Positions 51,646 through 64,000 of a stretch of DNA of 64,000 nucleotides are shown one piece after another. The DNA is from Podarcis liolepis. Taxonomy: Eukaryota. The stretch lies in the NCBI GenBank assembly GCA_965112155.1, contig OZ218101.1. The stretch is one strand, 5' to 3'. Every line of letters starts with the position of its first letter. Within the stretch, counting starts at the first letter, position 1. The position numbers and the translations under genes were made by a program. The notes beneath the pieces were generated by a model that made no database searches, was not told where the DNA came from, and saw only the letters and a program-made list of their open reading frames with translations.

Positions 51646-53824
51646 TAGTACTTCAGATGACTTCTTCAGGAGAGGGTTGTTCTCTGACAACCCTGCAAAT
51701 GAGGACTATCCTTGGTAGAACAGGACTTATGGTCATCGTACATCAGGAGATATCTTAAACTTCTTGCTTCTATGCATTGGAGGGAGATAGTGTTTTGCTG
51801 AGTGCTCTTCACCTAATAAAAATACATTATGGAGTGTCGCTAGGATTTTTTCAAGGCCGGTAGCACATATTCTTCATTTCCTCAAGTGGTGAGAAATCCA
51901 GTAGTAATACTAAAAGGTTTAGTATCCTTTAGATGAAATCACACTGGAGACTTGCAGTATTTGTTTTATTTGCAAATATGCAAACTGGCCCTACTGAAAT
52001 TAATCAGGCAGTAGTGGACAGCTTGATGGAATAGTACAGTGAGTTCAGCATGGTGCAAATGCGCCAGCAGGAACACTGGCTTGGCTTTGCTGGTGTCTTT
52101 GCACTGTGCCAACCTTGCAGCCACCTCGCCCCTTTCCCTTCAACACCCCAGTTTGTAGCAGCAGCAGCTCAGTCAGAGGGTGATCAAGTGAGCAGCACTT
52201 CTGTGCCATCTACTACTCATGCAGAATCCTAGTGGCAGGTAGAAGAGCTTCTGTTCATTCCCACATTGGCTCCCTTAAGAGAGCTCCTGCATTCTTGAGA
52301 TGTTTAATCTCTGGTCAAATCACAGCTTGCTCATTCTCTTTTTCTGCCTCCCAGTTCAAGCTGCAAACTACCTCTAAACTACTTACCTGCCTTTCCCCTC
52401 ACCTGTAGGGTGTCTCCTTCCAAAGGCTGGGGAGAGAGATTTCCCTTTCAGGAAGGAACATTTAGCATACTTTGATCCAGTCCCTGATTAACTATGAAGG
52501 GAAACATCAACCAGTCAGCTTCACAAAGATTGGTCCCTCAGCATACAAATCAGGATCTATTTAATAGAACCACACTTATCAAAATACTTCCATTTTCTTT
52601 TGAAGAGACAGCTTCCCCCAATTATATTATGGTGATTTCTCAGCCCATTTATTATTGTCATTTAGATTTTAGAAATGGAAAACACATCAACCTACAATTC
52701 AACCATTTCTGTAAAAAGATGATGTCGTTGAGAAGGAAATAGTGTTAGTGCTCCCTCTAGTGAACTGTGCCTGGGCACAGAACTGTTGTCATTGTTCATG
52801 ATATTCAAGTGTGCTTTTTTATTAACCCAAAGTTTGTTTGTTTTTTATCTTGGTGAATACAGTCATTATGGGGAGAGAATATTTCCAATATCCAGAGAAA
52901 CTTAGGTCTCATTGGGGTGATGTGAACAGATTTTCTATGTTTCTAGAAGATATTGCCCTTTTCCATTCATAAAGGTATAGCCTGAAAGCTCATGAGGCAG
53001 CCACCTTGGTGGAACTAAATGGGTCCTGGGTCTTCTCGGTGTTTGGATAGAAGACCTCCTGGGAATCTCATATATGGCCCTTTCAGTCCCACAAAGGGAG
53101 AAAGGCAGGACATGCATGTTCATAATAAATATATAAAACCAACTGAGCCACCAAATAGCTCCACAGCCTTGGCATGATGGGAAGCAGTGATCAGCCCACC
53201 TGTCCTGGGCTTTATTTAGAACTGTGTCTGGCTACATGGAGGACTGATAAAGAGTTGATTTTTTTTTAAGCACTTTGTATGATCAAGCTGCTATGGAAAG
53301 TGTGCACTTTAAGGGCCTCTATAAATACTTTATGCACTTGATAGTATAGATTTATTAATTGCTATGGGCCAGAATCAGCTAAGTTGTTGCGCTAGCAAAA
53401 GCCAGTGCAATGAGTCCTGTACAATGGGACTTGCCCCTCTTCTCCCCTCACACACCTCCTGCATCCTGCCCAAATCTCCTCAGCAGAACCCCCAGAACAG
53501 CACATGGTAGAGGTGGAGGGGAAGGGGAGATCATTCTACCTGGCAAGTAGAAATGATCATGCTGATGGAACAATTGTTTTACTGCTGTGCTGAATTCCAT
53601 CCCATGTAATATATGATCAGTGATACGCTTTCATGATCAATAGTTCATTTCATGATGGCTTTAAAATGTTATGATGTTCTGATAATCAAACAGAGTGATT
53701 GGTTAGATTGCTGTACTTGAAATGATTTAGTATTTGGCTCTTATTGTAATGATGTATTCATTAGCATTTTGGGGAGTTGCTTTCAGCATATTTAAATAAA
53801 TAAACCAAACTATTTCCCCTAAAG

Positions 53825-53961
53825 CAGGGATGAGGAATCTTTGGCCTTCCAGGTGTTTCTGGAATACAACTCCCATCATCCCTGATCGTGGCCATGCTTA
53901 CTGGGACTGATAGGAGTTGGAGTCCAGAAACATCTGGAAGGCCATAGCTTCCTCATCTCTA
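53825..53961. mobile_element. Short palindromic hAT MITE (URR1-like), decayed
   Basis: ACAACTCCCATCAT/TGATAGGAGTTG inverted arms; imperfect 8-bp TSD CCCTAAAG/CTCTAAAC. Confidence 0.7.
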
Positions 53962-54389
53962 CTCTAAACATCAGAAAATAACTAGGTGTCCGTCCGTCCC
54001 CCCCTCAGTCTAGTTACAATCCCTTTTCAAGCTCCACTCCATTGAAAGAATGGCATGACATGGTCTGATTCCTTTCTTCAAATTCTCCTATTAATCGCTA
54101 TCATTGACCACCCACCTCTGAAACTATCTTACCTGGCTGTTTGTCTGTAACACTAGTAGCAGTAGCAGCATCAGAAGAACTCTCTCCCTTTCCCTTACCT
54201 GGATGGTTGATGCTGAGATGGAAACAGAGACAGCATCCCTCCCTCTCTCCCTGCCACCTGAGTTAGTTCAGTGATGACCTATCTGCCAGGGATGGAGGGA
54301 AAGGCTTACCTGCTTGCTCTCCACAACCACAGACACTGCAATTCCATAAGGTTAGTAGTGAAGTGGAGCTCTGGGTGATTCTGCATGGA

Positions 54390-54724
54390 TAAAAGTAAGT
54401 ACGTCTTCACACACAGCACATTGTTGAACTATGGAACTTGCTCCCATGAGGCAGTGATGGCCACCAACTTGGGTGGCTTTAGAAGAGGACTGGAAAAATT
54501 CATGGAGGACAAGGCTTTCAATGGCTCGTAGCCACTGTCTGGGCTGTGCTCTGGCTCCATGGTCAGAGGCAGTAACGCTTCTGAATAGCAATTGCTAGAA
54601 TCCTCTGGAAAGGAAAATGCTCTTGTGCTTGGGTTCAGCTTGCCACTTTCCCACAGGTATATTGTATATGACCTCTTTGGGAACAGAATATCAGACTAGA
54701 TGGGTCTGCAGGCTCATCTCATGT
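54390..54724 (+). mobile_element. Old CR1 3' fragment
   Basis: TTCACACACAGCA..GATGGCCACCAACTTGG..AAATTCATGGAGGA..CTTCTGAATA. Confidence 0.7.
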
Positions 54725-55647
54725 GAAGAAAGGGTCAAGGGTTGAATGAATAAATTAGTATATTAGTTGGTGTTGAGTAGGATGGAGTTCTTCTATGGCT
54801 CAGATTACAATGTGAGCCAAACTGTTGAGTGTCATATAATTCTCACCTCAGATTGAAAGCAAGCACCACAAGGAACCTTGAATGTTGAGCAGAGCTCTGG
54901 TTGGAGATATTCAGTGACTCAGCTGTTTGCATCCCTTTTGCCTTCTTAAAGACGGTGTCTGCAGTATTATCATTAGCATTCAGTTTAATAACTGAAGCAC
55001 AGGACTGTTGCTGAAAATAGACTCTAGTAATAAGTCCGGAACCTATGGATACACCTGGATGATAGATCTGTCAATGTTTATTAGCTGTTATACCTAAGTG
55101 GAACTTCAGAAGCAGTTTAGTCTAAATACTTGATGATGATTGCCGTGAAAATTTCTGAAGGCTCTTTACCAAGATTAAAAACAACACAGTCCTTGCTTGC
55201 AGACTTCCAATATAACAATCTAATCCAATCTAAAAGACATGATTGCGGCGGTATATGGGGAGGTAGCGTGAAAACAATCAAATCCAGGTACTAATTCTTC
55301 TATAAATGTTTAACAAGCAACACAATGCCCACTGGGGGATGTGTCTCTCAGAAAGGAGGAGCCAAATACCACGTGTCTTGGAGACAGTCAAGATGAAGAG
55401 TTGCTGCCTTCATGGCCTCTGATGACCTACCCCAAAGTCATCTGGCTGCCTGTTGAGCACTGTCAAAATCCTGGGCTATAAAGACCTGTTTTCTCCTCTG
55501 AACTGAGTTCCAGATGCAGCCCACAAAGATTTGCATAGCAGGGAGTACACTCCATGTGCCTGTCAAGAAAGTCGGGATGAAAGATGATGCAAAAGTCAGG
55601 TAATAATTCTGATTTCTAGTAAAGGTCTGTGAATAATTTAAGGGCAT

Positions 55648-55862
55648 TAAAAAATTGTCCAGTAGCACCTTAGAGACCAACTAAGATTGTTCTGGGTATA
55701 AGCTTTCGTGTGCATGGACACTTCTTCAGATACCAGATACCTCTCCATATCTGAAGTAGTGTGCGTGCACACAAAAGCTTATACCCAGAACAATCTTAGT
55801 TGGTCTCTAAGATGCTACTGGACAATTTTTTCATTTATTTTGACTGCGTCAGACAAACCTGC
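55648..55862. mobile_element. Penelope-like element remnant forming an ~83-bp-arm inverted repeat
   Basis: Arms 55649-55732 and ~55748-55831; 12-bp direct repeat ATTTAAGGGCAT flanks the insert (55636-55647, 55863-55874). Confidence 0.8.
55695..55734 (-). ncRNA. Minimal type I hammerhead ribozyme motif (Penelope type)
   Basis: Reads GGUAU-CUGAAGA-A-GUGUccaugcACAC-GAAA-GC-UU-AUACC: helix I GGUAU/AUACC, core CUGANGA/GAAA, palindromic helix III AAGCUU. Confidence 0.65.
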
Positions 55863-56700
55863 ATTTAAGGGCATATTTGACCAACTCAAAACTGGAGCAT
55901 TTCAAAAGCTTTCAGGGTTGATCTAACAAACCATACTGTGGCACTGGAATCCAGGTTTACCCATGGAAATAAAATATTCTTCAGAAGGGCTCCTTTTGTT
56001 CTCAAGCATCGTACGCGATCAGCTGTTGTTGGAATGCAAGGCATCTGATTTCTCTGTCAGTGGACAAGGGGTGGCCACCATTCTTTCATTGTCTTGTGTT
56101 TCATTTTGCCTGGCTATTGACGCCAAACAAGAGCCCCTTGATGCTTGTAAGTGGAAAATGGATGGTGGAGCAATCTGTTTATACAACCTCATTTCACTTC
56201 AAAATGGCTCTTCAATTCTTCTCTTTTGAAATGATGTTTCTTCTATGAATACTTAGAGAACTCTCTGGCTGCCCAAATGAACAATAAGGTTATTTGCTGG
56301 ATCCACAGCCAAACCCTTTCAATTTCTAAATAAGGGCTTTAGGTCGATTTTTAAACAAGGGCCTTAATGTAAGGCAGCAAAATATTTAACTCAGATATGT
56401 GAGCATTGCTTTTTTATCTTGTGTCCCTACTTGTGTAACTGCATTAATTCCTCTGATTGCTCTTCCCAGAATTGCTGTTATTGCATTTTATTGCATTATT
56501 GCTGTTGACAACCCTGAGCCCCATTTGATGGGAAAGAGGGATAAAAAGTTAAGAAACCCAAACATAAAGAAAAGATATCCCTTGTCAGCGTCATTTCCCA
56601 TAGACTCCCTTCTTTGACTGCTTCATGCTCCCTCAGGAAGCCTTCTCTCATTCCCACAGCAAGGCTATGTGCACCACAATAGACCTATTTGCCTCTTGAG

Positions 56701-56836
56701 CAGGCATAGGCAAACTCGGCCTTCCAGATGTTTTGGGACTACAACTCCCATCATTCCTGACCACTGGTCCTGTTAGCTAGGGATGATGGGAGTTGTAGTC
56801 CCAAAACATCTGGAGGGCCGAGTTTGCCTACGCCTG
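56701..56836. mobile_element. Short palindromic hAT MITE (URR1-like)
   Basis: Near-perfect hairpin CAGGCATAGGCAAACTCGGCC...GGCCGAGTTTGCCTACGCCTG; perfect 8-bp TSD CTCTTGAG. Confidence 0.93.
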
Positions 56837-57684
56837 CTCTTGAGTTTCACCCCTTACTCAGGGGTGTAGGAAGTAACTTCTGGCAATATTCCACAATGGA
56901 AAACTTGCAATTGAATCTCATTCTACCTGAGCACATGGTGAAAGCCTAAGGAGCAGGAGAGATACAGAGGAAGACAATTGACTCTAAGAGAAATGCAGCT
57001 ACAGGTCTTGACTAAGCTTGGGGATGTTTGGGCTAAGAAACTGGTGCATAAATGACTATGGATGTCAACAAAGTTGATGCTAGAAAGCAGGGGAAGAAGT
57101 GTGTACAACACCTTAAGGTGGCCTTCCCCAGTATGGTACCCTCCATATATTTTGTACTATAACTCCAGCTAAGATTGGACCATATCAGCTCCAGCCAAGA
57201 CAGCCAGAGTGATGGGAGTTGTTAGAAGAGTCCTAATGTCTCTGAGCTGCCTCTTACAGATTTGCAGCCTCAAATGTATTTTTTTTTTAATTTAAAAAAA
57301 TCTATCAATTTGAGAGACAGTTTGAAGCTTTACAGTTCATTTGTTCCATTCACATTCCACCCTAGAACTAAGTTAAATACACAATAGATCAACACAAGCC
57401 TTTTTTGTTGTTGTTTCTTCCAATTTCTCAGAAAAAGGATTACCGGCAAAGCCCTAGATTTGCCTATTTCGGTGATTGCTCAAGAATCTCTTACTTTTGT
57501 TTACAGAAGTTGTTTCATTTTTTTACTGCATGTACAATTAAATGATATTTGAATCCGGAAAAGACTCCCCCCCCCTCCCCCATTTGCTGTCTCAGTTGTG
57601 CATTAAAAATAGAGTGACTATGTTTCAAAAGGGTTAAAATATATTTGTCAGCAAAAGTGACAATAAGAACGGCATGACAGGTAG

Positions 57685-57878
57685 GGACACAGGAAGCTGT
57701 CTTATACCAAGCCTTGCCATTGGTTCATCTGGCTCAGTATAGTCTACATTGACTGGTAGTGGCTCTCCAGGATTTCAGACAGGAGTCTTCCCAGTTCTAT
57801 TTGGAGATGCTGGAAATTGAAACTGGGACTTGTGCATTCAATGGCAAGTGCTTTCCTACCAAGCTACAGCTCTTCCCC
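57685..57878 (-). mobile_element. tRNA-derived SINE with CR1-like tail (Squam3-like); similar remnants at ~46560-46800 and ~60490-60590
   Basis: Reverse strand has tRNA-like head (GGGAAGAGCTGTAGCTTGGTAG..AGTCCCAGTTTCAATTTCC) and tail CAATGG..TATAAGACAGCTTCCT. Confidence 0.65.
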
Positions 57879-58619
57879 ACAGTGAGGGGAGATAATGGTG
57901 GCTGAGCTGTTTCTAAAGTAATGCTTTGGTTGATCTTTTAAAAGACTATTCAAAATTCAGATCTTTCCTTTTTAGCTTTACTAATCACATTTACTGAACC
58001 CGTAACGTTTTATGGGAATTTTATTTTAAATTGAAACCAGGCTAGAGTTGTCTGATACCTATAAGACGAGTGGCAGAAAACCTGCAAAAGGCACACTCTA
58101 CACTGCAATCTTTTGCTGCAGGTCCCACTTTTAGATATCATGCAGATCTAATATTCCCGCTATGTTTGTGCAGCTTGATTTTCACTGCGAACGATGCCTT
58201 ATATTAAACTCAAATTAAACTTGCAATGCATAGTAACTTGAAACTGGCGCCATTGTATGTTTGCTTAAAAGAAAGGTCACCCAAGAAAGTAAATAGATAT
58301 CAGAAGTGAGCTCTAGTCAGACCCAACGCAAATTAAGCCTTGGTCACAATTTGACAGCTGAGCTGCTACTTATTATGGTTATGGTTGCAGGAATAGACTT
58401 CCAAACATGGGGACAGTGCGTGGTTGGGAACTCACAAATCAAAGCAATACCAAGCTAGACTCCTAGTGGTCAGTAGACAGGGATTCTGTGTCACTTCTAC
58501 ATAGCTGGGAAGTTCTGGGTGTATTCTGCAAATCAGCCCTCTTTGCATACCCAGCTCTTCAGATGAGTTTAAAGATAACATTTGAATGAAGAATTTGGAA
58601 TGTTGGCTTCAATACAGAT

Positions 58620-58890
58620 TCTTTGGTGATCACTTCTTTTTTGGCGATCACTCATAGCAGAGTAAGATTGTCTTCCATAAACACGGTTTTAACAATGAAT
58701 CCGTAAATGACTGTGGAAGCCAGTTCTGGATCCACACATCCTTCCACAGTGGGGACATTGGTTTCCGGGCAGGAGCTGATCACGGTGTGGATTTGCCAAG
58801 CGTGCCTTCCTCTTAGCACGTTTCTCCCTTGCGTCCTGGGTTCGAGTGTCTTCAAAGCCCATGACACCTTTGGTAAAGGCTGTTCTCCAC
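58620..58890 (-). mobile_element. RTE-clade LINE 3' end (C-terminal C2H2-type zinc finger)
   Basis: REKRAKRKAR...CPHCGRMCGSRTGFHSHLRIH followed by a short 3' UTR. Confidence 0.85.
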
Positions 58891-59938
58891 ACCCTGAATT
58901 GCAATTTGCCTAACTAAGACCATAAGAAGAGCTTGTTGCATCAGGCCATGCACTATACCACATCTGGGTTAGGATATGGACAGGGTTGCAAGAGAGACAA
59001 GAAAATAAATATTGAAAAATCTTAAAACCCACAATACAGCAGGAGATAAGGGGAAAGCCCTGATGTCCACCTTCCTCTACTGCTTACTGCTTACTGTGTG
59101 ACATACCTATACATCACTATAGCAAGTTCAGGAGAGGATGGGCAATAGGACTGAGGAAGGAACATGCAGGAAAATCCTCACCTACTTTATCTCCTGCTGC
59201 ATTGGATTTAATGTACATGAACCTTTTCCAGCTTTAAGTCCGGAAACCCTGTTTGTGGCCCCTGTATAGAAGCTCTGCTGCTATCAGTGGGGCTTTCCTG
59301 AAGATAGCTGGTGGCAGGATTGTGTCTTGAGCTTATGGGGGAAGCAATGATGGGGCGATATCTATTCCCACTGGAACAAAAGTGTGCGCTTTTTGCAGGA
59401 AGAATGACTCATCCTAATGTGCCTGCAGAAGTGATTCTCTCAATAGGCATTTGGCGGTGCGAATCGACTCTAGTTAACCTGAGAGAGGAGAGTGAGCAGC
59501 AGCTATGCCATTCACAGTCATTTCCTTTTTCCTCATTGGCTTTATGTGTGAGGCTCTCTAATCTGCTGCTGCCTCTGTTTGCCTGACTCTTTAAATGGTC
59601 AGCCTAAATGAGACACAATTACGCCTAATTGGACTAGCTGGGAAATAACAGTATCGAACATAAGTCTCTCTTTCCCTCTCCCCCAGGGTGTAGTGAGGAT
59701 TAATTAGTTAATGCATGGTTTTTTTTATTAAAAAAAAGGCTTTGAAGATAAAAGAGCTAAGCACAGTTAAGTAGAAAAGCCGAGGATCTTTCCTGCTTAT
59801 TTCGCTAGTGGGTAGCTCTCTTTTCGGTTAACAAGTAATGATCTTGCAGTTTAGAAGTGGGGTGTTTGTGTCTCAGAAAGAACAGTAAGCAGTATCTGTG
59901 ATGTATCTGTATTTGTGATGGTGTATCTGTGATGGTGT

Positions 59939-60296
59939 GGGACACAGGTGGTGCTGTGGGTTAAACCACTGAGCTTAGGGCTTGCCGATCAGAAGGTTGA
60001 TGGTTCGAATCCCCGCAACGGGGTGAGCTCCCGTTCCTCGGTCCCTGCTCCTGCCAACCTAGAAGTTCGAAAGCACGTCAAAGTGCAAGTAGATAAATAG
60101 GTACCGTTCCAGCGGGAAGGTAAATGGTGTTTCCGTGTGCTGCTCTGGTTTGCCAGAAGCGGCTTAGTCATGCCTCTTCCAGTCATGACCTGGAAGCTGT
60201 ACGCTGGCTCCCTTGGCCAGTAAAGCGAGATGAGTGCCGCAACCCCAGAGTCGGCCACGACTGGACCTAATGGTCAGGGGTCCCTTTACCTTTACC
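59939..60296 (+). mobile_element. Sauria SINE, full length
   Basis: Complete head to (CCTTTA)n tail; imperfect 14-bp TSD TATCT(G/A)TGA(T/C)GGTG at 59924-59937 and 60297-60310. Confidence 0.93.
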
Positions 60297-60619
60297 TATC
60301 TATGACGGTGCAGGATTGGCATGAATGGCTGGCAAGTTCAGGCATGAGTTGGAAGGCATGCCCTAGGAAGGGGAGAGGGCGCTGTTGAGCAGAGCCAGAC
60401 CACAGGGAGGAGGAAGAGGAAGAGGAGAAATTCCCTGATTGGGCACTTTGAGAATGCTAGTCTTGATGGGCCATTGGCCAGATCCAGCAGAGCTCTTCTG
60501 ATGTAAAAGGCCCCTGACTGCTGGAGACCTTGCAGAGCCACTGCCAGTGAGGGTGAGACAAGCAGTCTAACCTAGTATATAGGCAATAGGATAGCTGATC
60601 ACTGATCACTGTACTTTAA

Positions 60620-60830
60620 CACCACTGTTGGAAGCCACTGACATCCATCTTTCTCAGGAAACAGCGTAGGTGTGCCCCTTTGGGGGTGAAGTCAAACTGT
60701 TGGAAGATTCCAGTGCCAGCTGTGGCTGTAGAGACCGATACAGGAGAGACATGTTTCATTGCAGCTGGGGCAAATGGAGGCGTCCTATTGTGCTGCTGCA
60801 GATGCACCATGCCATTTCTTCTCTCTGCAC
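60620..60830 (-). mobile_element. Second RTE-type LINE family 3' end
   Basis: Minus-strand translation ICPSCNETCLSCIGLYSHS resembles the RTE C-terminal zinc finger CxxC...SRIGLxSH. Confidence 0.65.
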
Positions 60831-60844
60831 TCCACCCAGTGGTC

Positions 60845-61040
60845 ATTCCTCTGGTCACTGCTATGGATGCATGACCTGACTGTCTGTAAGAGGCAGTATG
60901 CTTCTGAATACCAGTTACTGGAAGGCTGCTGCACTCAGGTCCCTTTTGTAGGCTTCTCATAGGCATCTGATTAGCCACTGTGAGAACAAAACATTGGACT
61001 GGATGGGGCAGTGTCCTGGTCCAGCAGGCTGTTCTTATGT
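60845..61040 (+). mobile_element. Old CR1 3' UTR fragment
   Basis: CTTCTGAATACCAGTT..GGCATCTGATTAGCCACTGTGAGAACA..TCCAGCAGGCTGTTCTTATG. Confidence 0.65.
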
Positions 61041-62233
61041 TATTGGGAAGGAAGGAATTGGAAAGCAATACAAAAATACAGCAATACAAAAATATAGTAC
61101 ATCTTTTTCCAGTAATGTAGGATTTTTCTGGCTCCTTTCTCACTTGTTCTTGTTCCAAAAAGACTTTTAAAGCTCTGCACAAATAGCATTGGAACTTTCC
61201 TAGCTATTCATCCCACAAGTTCCTGAGATACAGCGATCATGTTCTCCAACGTTTGTTTAGGTTTTCAGTTAAGTGTAGCTGAAGTCTGTGCCAGATGCTC
61301 TCCAGTTGGAAAACTCATTTACTAAGCACAATGACAATCTGTGCAACATTGTTTTTTTAATCTCAGTGTTTCATCAGTCACAACTGGCTTCTTCAAGCAA
61401 AATGGCCTCATATTTCACTGGGAAATGTCGGTCCTTTTCTGCAGATGTCTAGTTTTGTGCTTTGATCACCATTCTGCATAACGAATCAGAGGGGTAGAGA
61501 GATCAGACTCAGTGCTGGACTAGGACTGGGGTGGCACAGATTCAAATTCCTACTCAGCCAAAAGTACCCCTTGGACCATTCACCTTGGACCCGTCAACCT
61601 AACCTACCTCATAGGATGGAAGGATGGCATAAAAGTGTAACGTAACAGATGGATGGTTGGATCTCAAATTAGCCAAAAGAATTTATAGTATTGTGGGAAA
61701 CTGCAAGAAGTAGTAAGGTGTCTCCCAGCCAGACATTCTGACAGGAAAGTCCACATGCCTTACTTCTTGAAATACTATGGGATTTTGCAGCTGGGGAACT
61801 GCTGCTTTGATTTCTGATATATCAACACCACAATAGGGAGGCTAGTGATGCAATGTAACAATGCAATGTAACAAAAGATACAGTAGTATCACCAGAGCAA
61901 CCATTACACAGAAATCTCAGCAACCATGGAAATAACAGGAGTAATCTTTTTCTTAATGAACATTCATATATTTGAATCTTGAAAGAAGAAAAATCCACTC
62001 ATAAATCAACAGTTGCTCAACATTCAGACGTAGCTCCTGTATACATCACGTTTCCTTCCCCAGAGGTGCTTAATCATCGAGCTAACAAAATTAAATAAAA
62101 CAAGATTCCAGTCAACATCTCTTTCCATATGAGGTAAATAAAATGGGAAGAGAATGCAACATTACCTGTGTAATAAAATGTAGACAGTGTGCAATTATTA
62201 GTTTATAAAAAGGGTAAATCTATAAGGGTAAAA

Positions 62234-62236
<3 letters not shown>

Positions 62237-62285
<49 letters not shown>

Positions 62286-62291
62286 CCCCAC
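62237..62291 (-). repeat. (ATT)n microsatellite, probably an L2 3' tail
   Basis: (ATT)n followed by TATACCCCAC, the reverse of the L2 terminus. Confidence 0.75.
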
Positions 62292-64000
62292 CAGGGGCGC
62301 CGACTTATAAAAAATATTGGGGGGGCCCATACCGGGGTCCTGCCGCTGGTTCGCTCGGGTAGCCGGGAGAACGCAGTTCGAGGTGGCGGTGTTGGGGAGA
62401 GACCCTCGCTCAGGGCGCCACGAGACTTGGCGGCCGGCGGCCTATCTGGGGGGGTTTGGAGCGTATTTCGGCGGAGCGATTGGGGAGGAGGGGGCTTGTT
62501 GCCGGATTCTTCAGATGAGCCGGAGATCCGCTACTGGGGGTCCCTGGGCCGAGTTGTGAGCACGGCCTGCTGAAGGGAGATCCAGCCGATTGCGCGACGG
62601 GGACGGCCAGGGGTCTCTGGCTAGGGCGCGCGGCTGGCTGGCTGGCGAGGGAGCAGGTGGGGAGGAGGCGGGGGTCCTCACTCTCTTAGGAAACGCACCC
62701 GCACGCCCGATTGCCATGAAGTCCGAAGGGTGCGTGTGTGGAATTAAAAAGCAAAAACGAGATACGGGCAGGGCAGGCAAAGAGTTTTCCGCAAGAGGAT
62801 GGAGGGCAGGTTGAAGAGAAAATCACTCAGGATGAGACAGTCAAATCAGCCATGATAAAATGGGCTCAGGATATTGGGTATAACATCATGTTTGAGGACT
62901 GGGAAAGGTTATGGACCACCGGAATGAAATTCACGGCATGTAATGCCTTGAAGGAAAATATTATGAAAATGATTTATAGGTGGTACATGACCCCAGTCAA
63001 GCTTGCAAAAATATATCACCTGTCTGATAATAAATGTTGGAAATGTAAGGAGGCTGAAGGGACATTCTTTCACCTCTGGTGGACTTGTACAAAAGTGAAG
63101 GCCTTCTGGGAAATGATCTATAATGAGTTAAAAAAGGTATTTAAGTATACCTTTCCCAAGAAACCAGAGGCCTTCCTCTTGGGCATTGTTGGCCAGAAAG
63201 TGTTAAAGAAGGATAGAACTTCCTTTATGTATGCAACTACAGCAGCAAGAATACTTATCGCAAAATATTGGAAGACACAAGATTTGCCCACACTGGAAGA
63301 GTGGCAGACGCAATTGATGGACTACATGGAACTGGCTGAAATGACTGGCAGAATCCGAGATTTGGGAGAAGAAACAACGGAAGAGGACTGGAAAAAAAAT
63401 TAAGGACTATTTACAAAAACAATATAAGTTGTATGAATGTTAAAAATTTAAACGATTCGGAAACTATAGCTTCAGCAATTAGATTTGGGAAACAGGAAAT
63501 TATATTTTAAGTAAGAAAAGGTCAAAATCTAAGGTAATACTATGTTTAATTTAAGATATAAGTAACTGATGAAAAGTATGTTAAATTTAGAGGTATAGTA
63601 TTTGAAAAGTACAAAATAAGGTACGAAACAATGTAATAATTTGCTGATATCTTTATTATAAAGAATGCAGGGTAAGGGAGATGCGAGGAAGTCCAGTTAG
63701 TTATATAAAAAATGTGTTGAATGGTTGGTTTTCTTTTATTCTTTTTCTTTTTTTCTTTTTCTTGTTCTTTTACTTTTTTCTTCAGTGTATGTTTCTAACT
63801 TTGTATTTTTAATAAAATATTTATTAAAAAAAAGAGAAAATCCTTTCGCTTTTCTGGGGCGCAGGGAAGTCTCAGAGCCGGAGGTTGGGGAAGGGACCCC
63901 CTTTGCTCTGCCCTCTTCTCCCGTCTTAGATTCGCATGGGGGTCCCCGCCCGAGCTTGCCTGGCCAATGACAAGCGGGCGACGTCGCGGGCGGGGAAGGC
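62292..64000. mobile_element. CpG-rich, probably hAT-like element (other end outside window), interrupted by L1
   Basis: Abrupt start CAGGGGCGCCGAC..AAAATATTGGGGGGGCCC; very high GC/CpG on both sides of the L1. Confidence 0.5.
62825..63831 (+). mobile_element. 5'-truncated L1-clade LINE (ORF2 C-terminus, 3' UTR, poly(A))
   Basis: KMIYRWYMTPVKLAKIY..CWKCKEAEGTFFHLWWTC (CCHC); AATAAA 63811-63816; A tail; 11-bp TSD AAGAGAAAATC (62814-62824, 63832-63842). Confidence 0.93.

Noticed and set aside
60616-61182. 188-aa minus-strand ORF
   Set aside because: Spans unrelated CR1 and RTE remnants out of frame; chance open frame

Overview
Vertebrate (squamate, most likely lacertid lizard) non-coding DNA, either intergenic or deep intronic. 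The lineage call rests on four Sauria-SINE copies plus the CR1/L2/RTE/L1/Penelope and Tc1/hAT MITE repertoire. No host protein-coding exon could be recognised; the only protein-like ORFs are retrotransposon fragments (CR1 RT C-terminus, L1 C-terminus, RTE zinc fingers, decayed L2 RT). The most notable signals are: (1) three diverged copies of an unclassified non-coding element (2151-3003, ~11100-11592, ~48270-49250) that share a predicted three-way-junction RNA fold and a long-range helix just upstream of a poly(A) signal, with the youngest copy inserted without a canonical TSD; (2) a palindromic Penelope-derived insert carrying minimal hammerhead ribozyme motifs; (3) an AGGTCA cluster with a perfect DR4 in an LTR-like remnant; (4) a CpG-island-like, hAT-like element interrupted by a TSD-flanked L1. 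Family names come from recall of consensus sequences, not from database searches. Many older repeat fragments are only approximately bounded.
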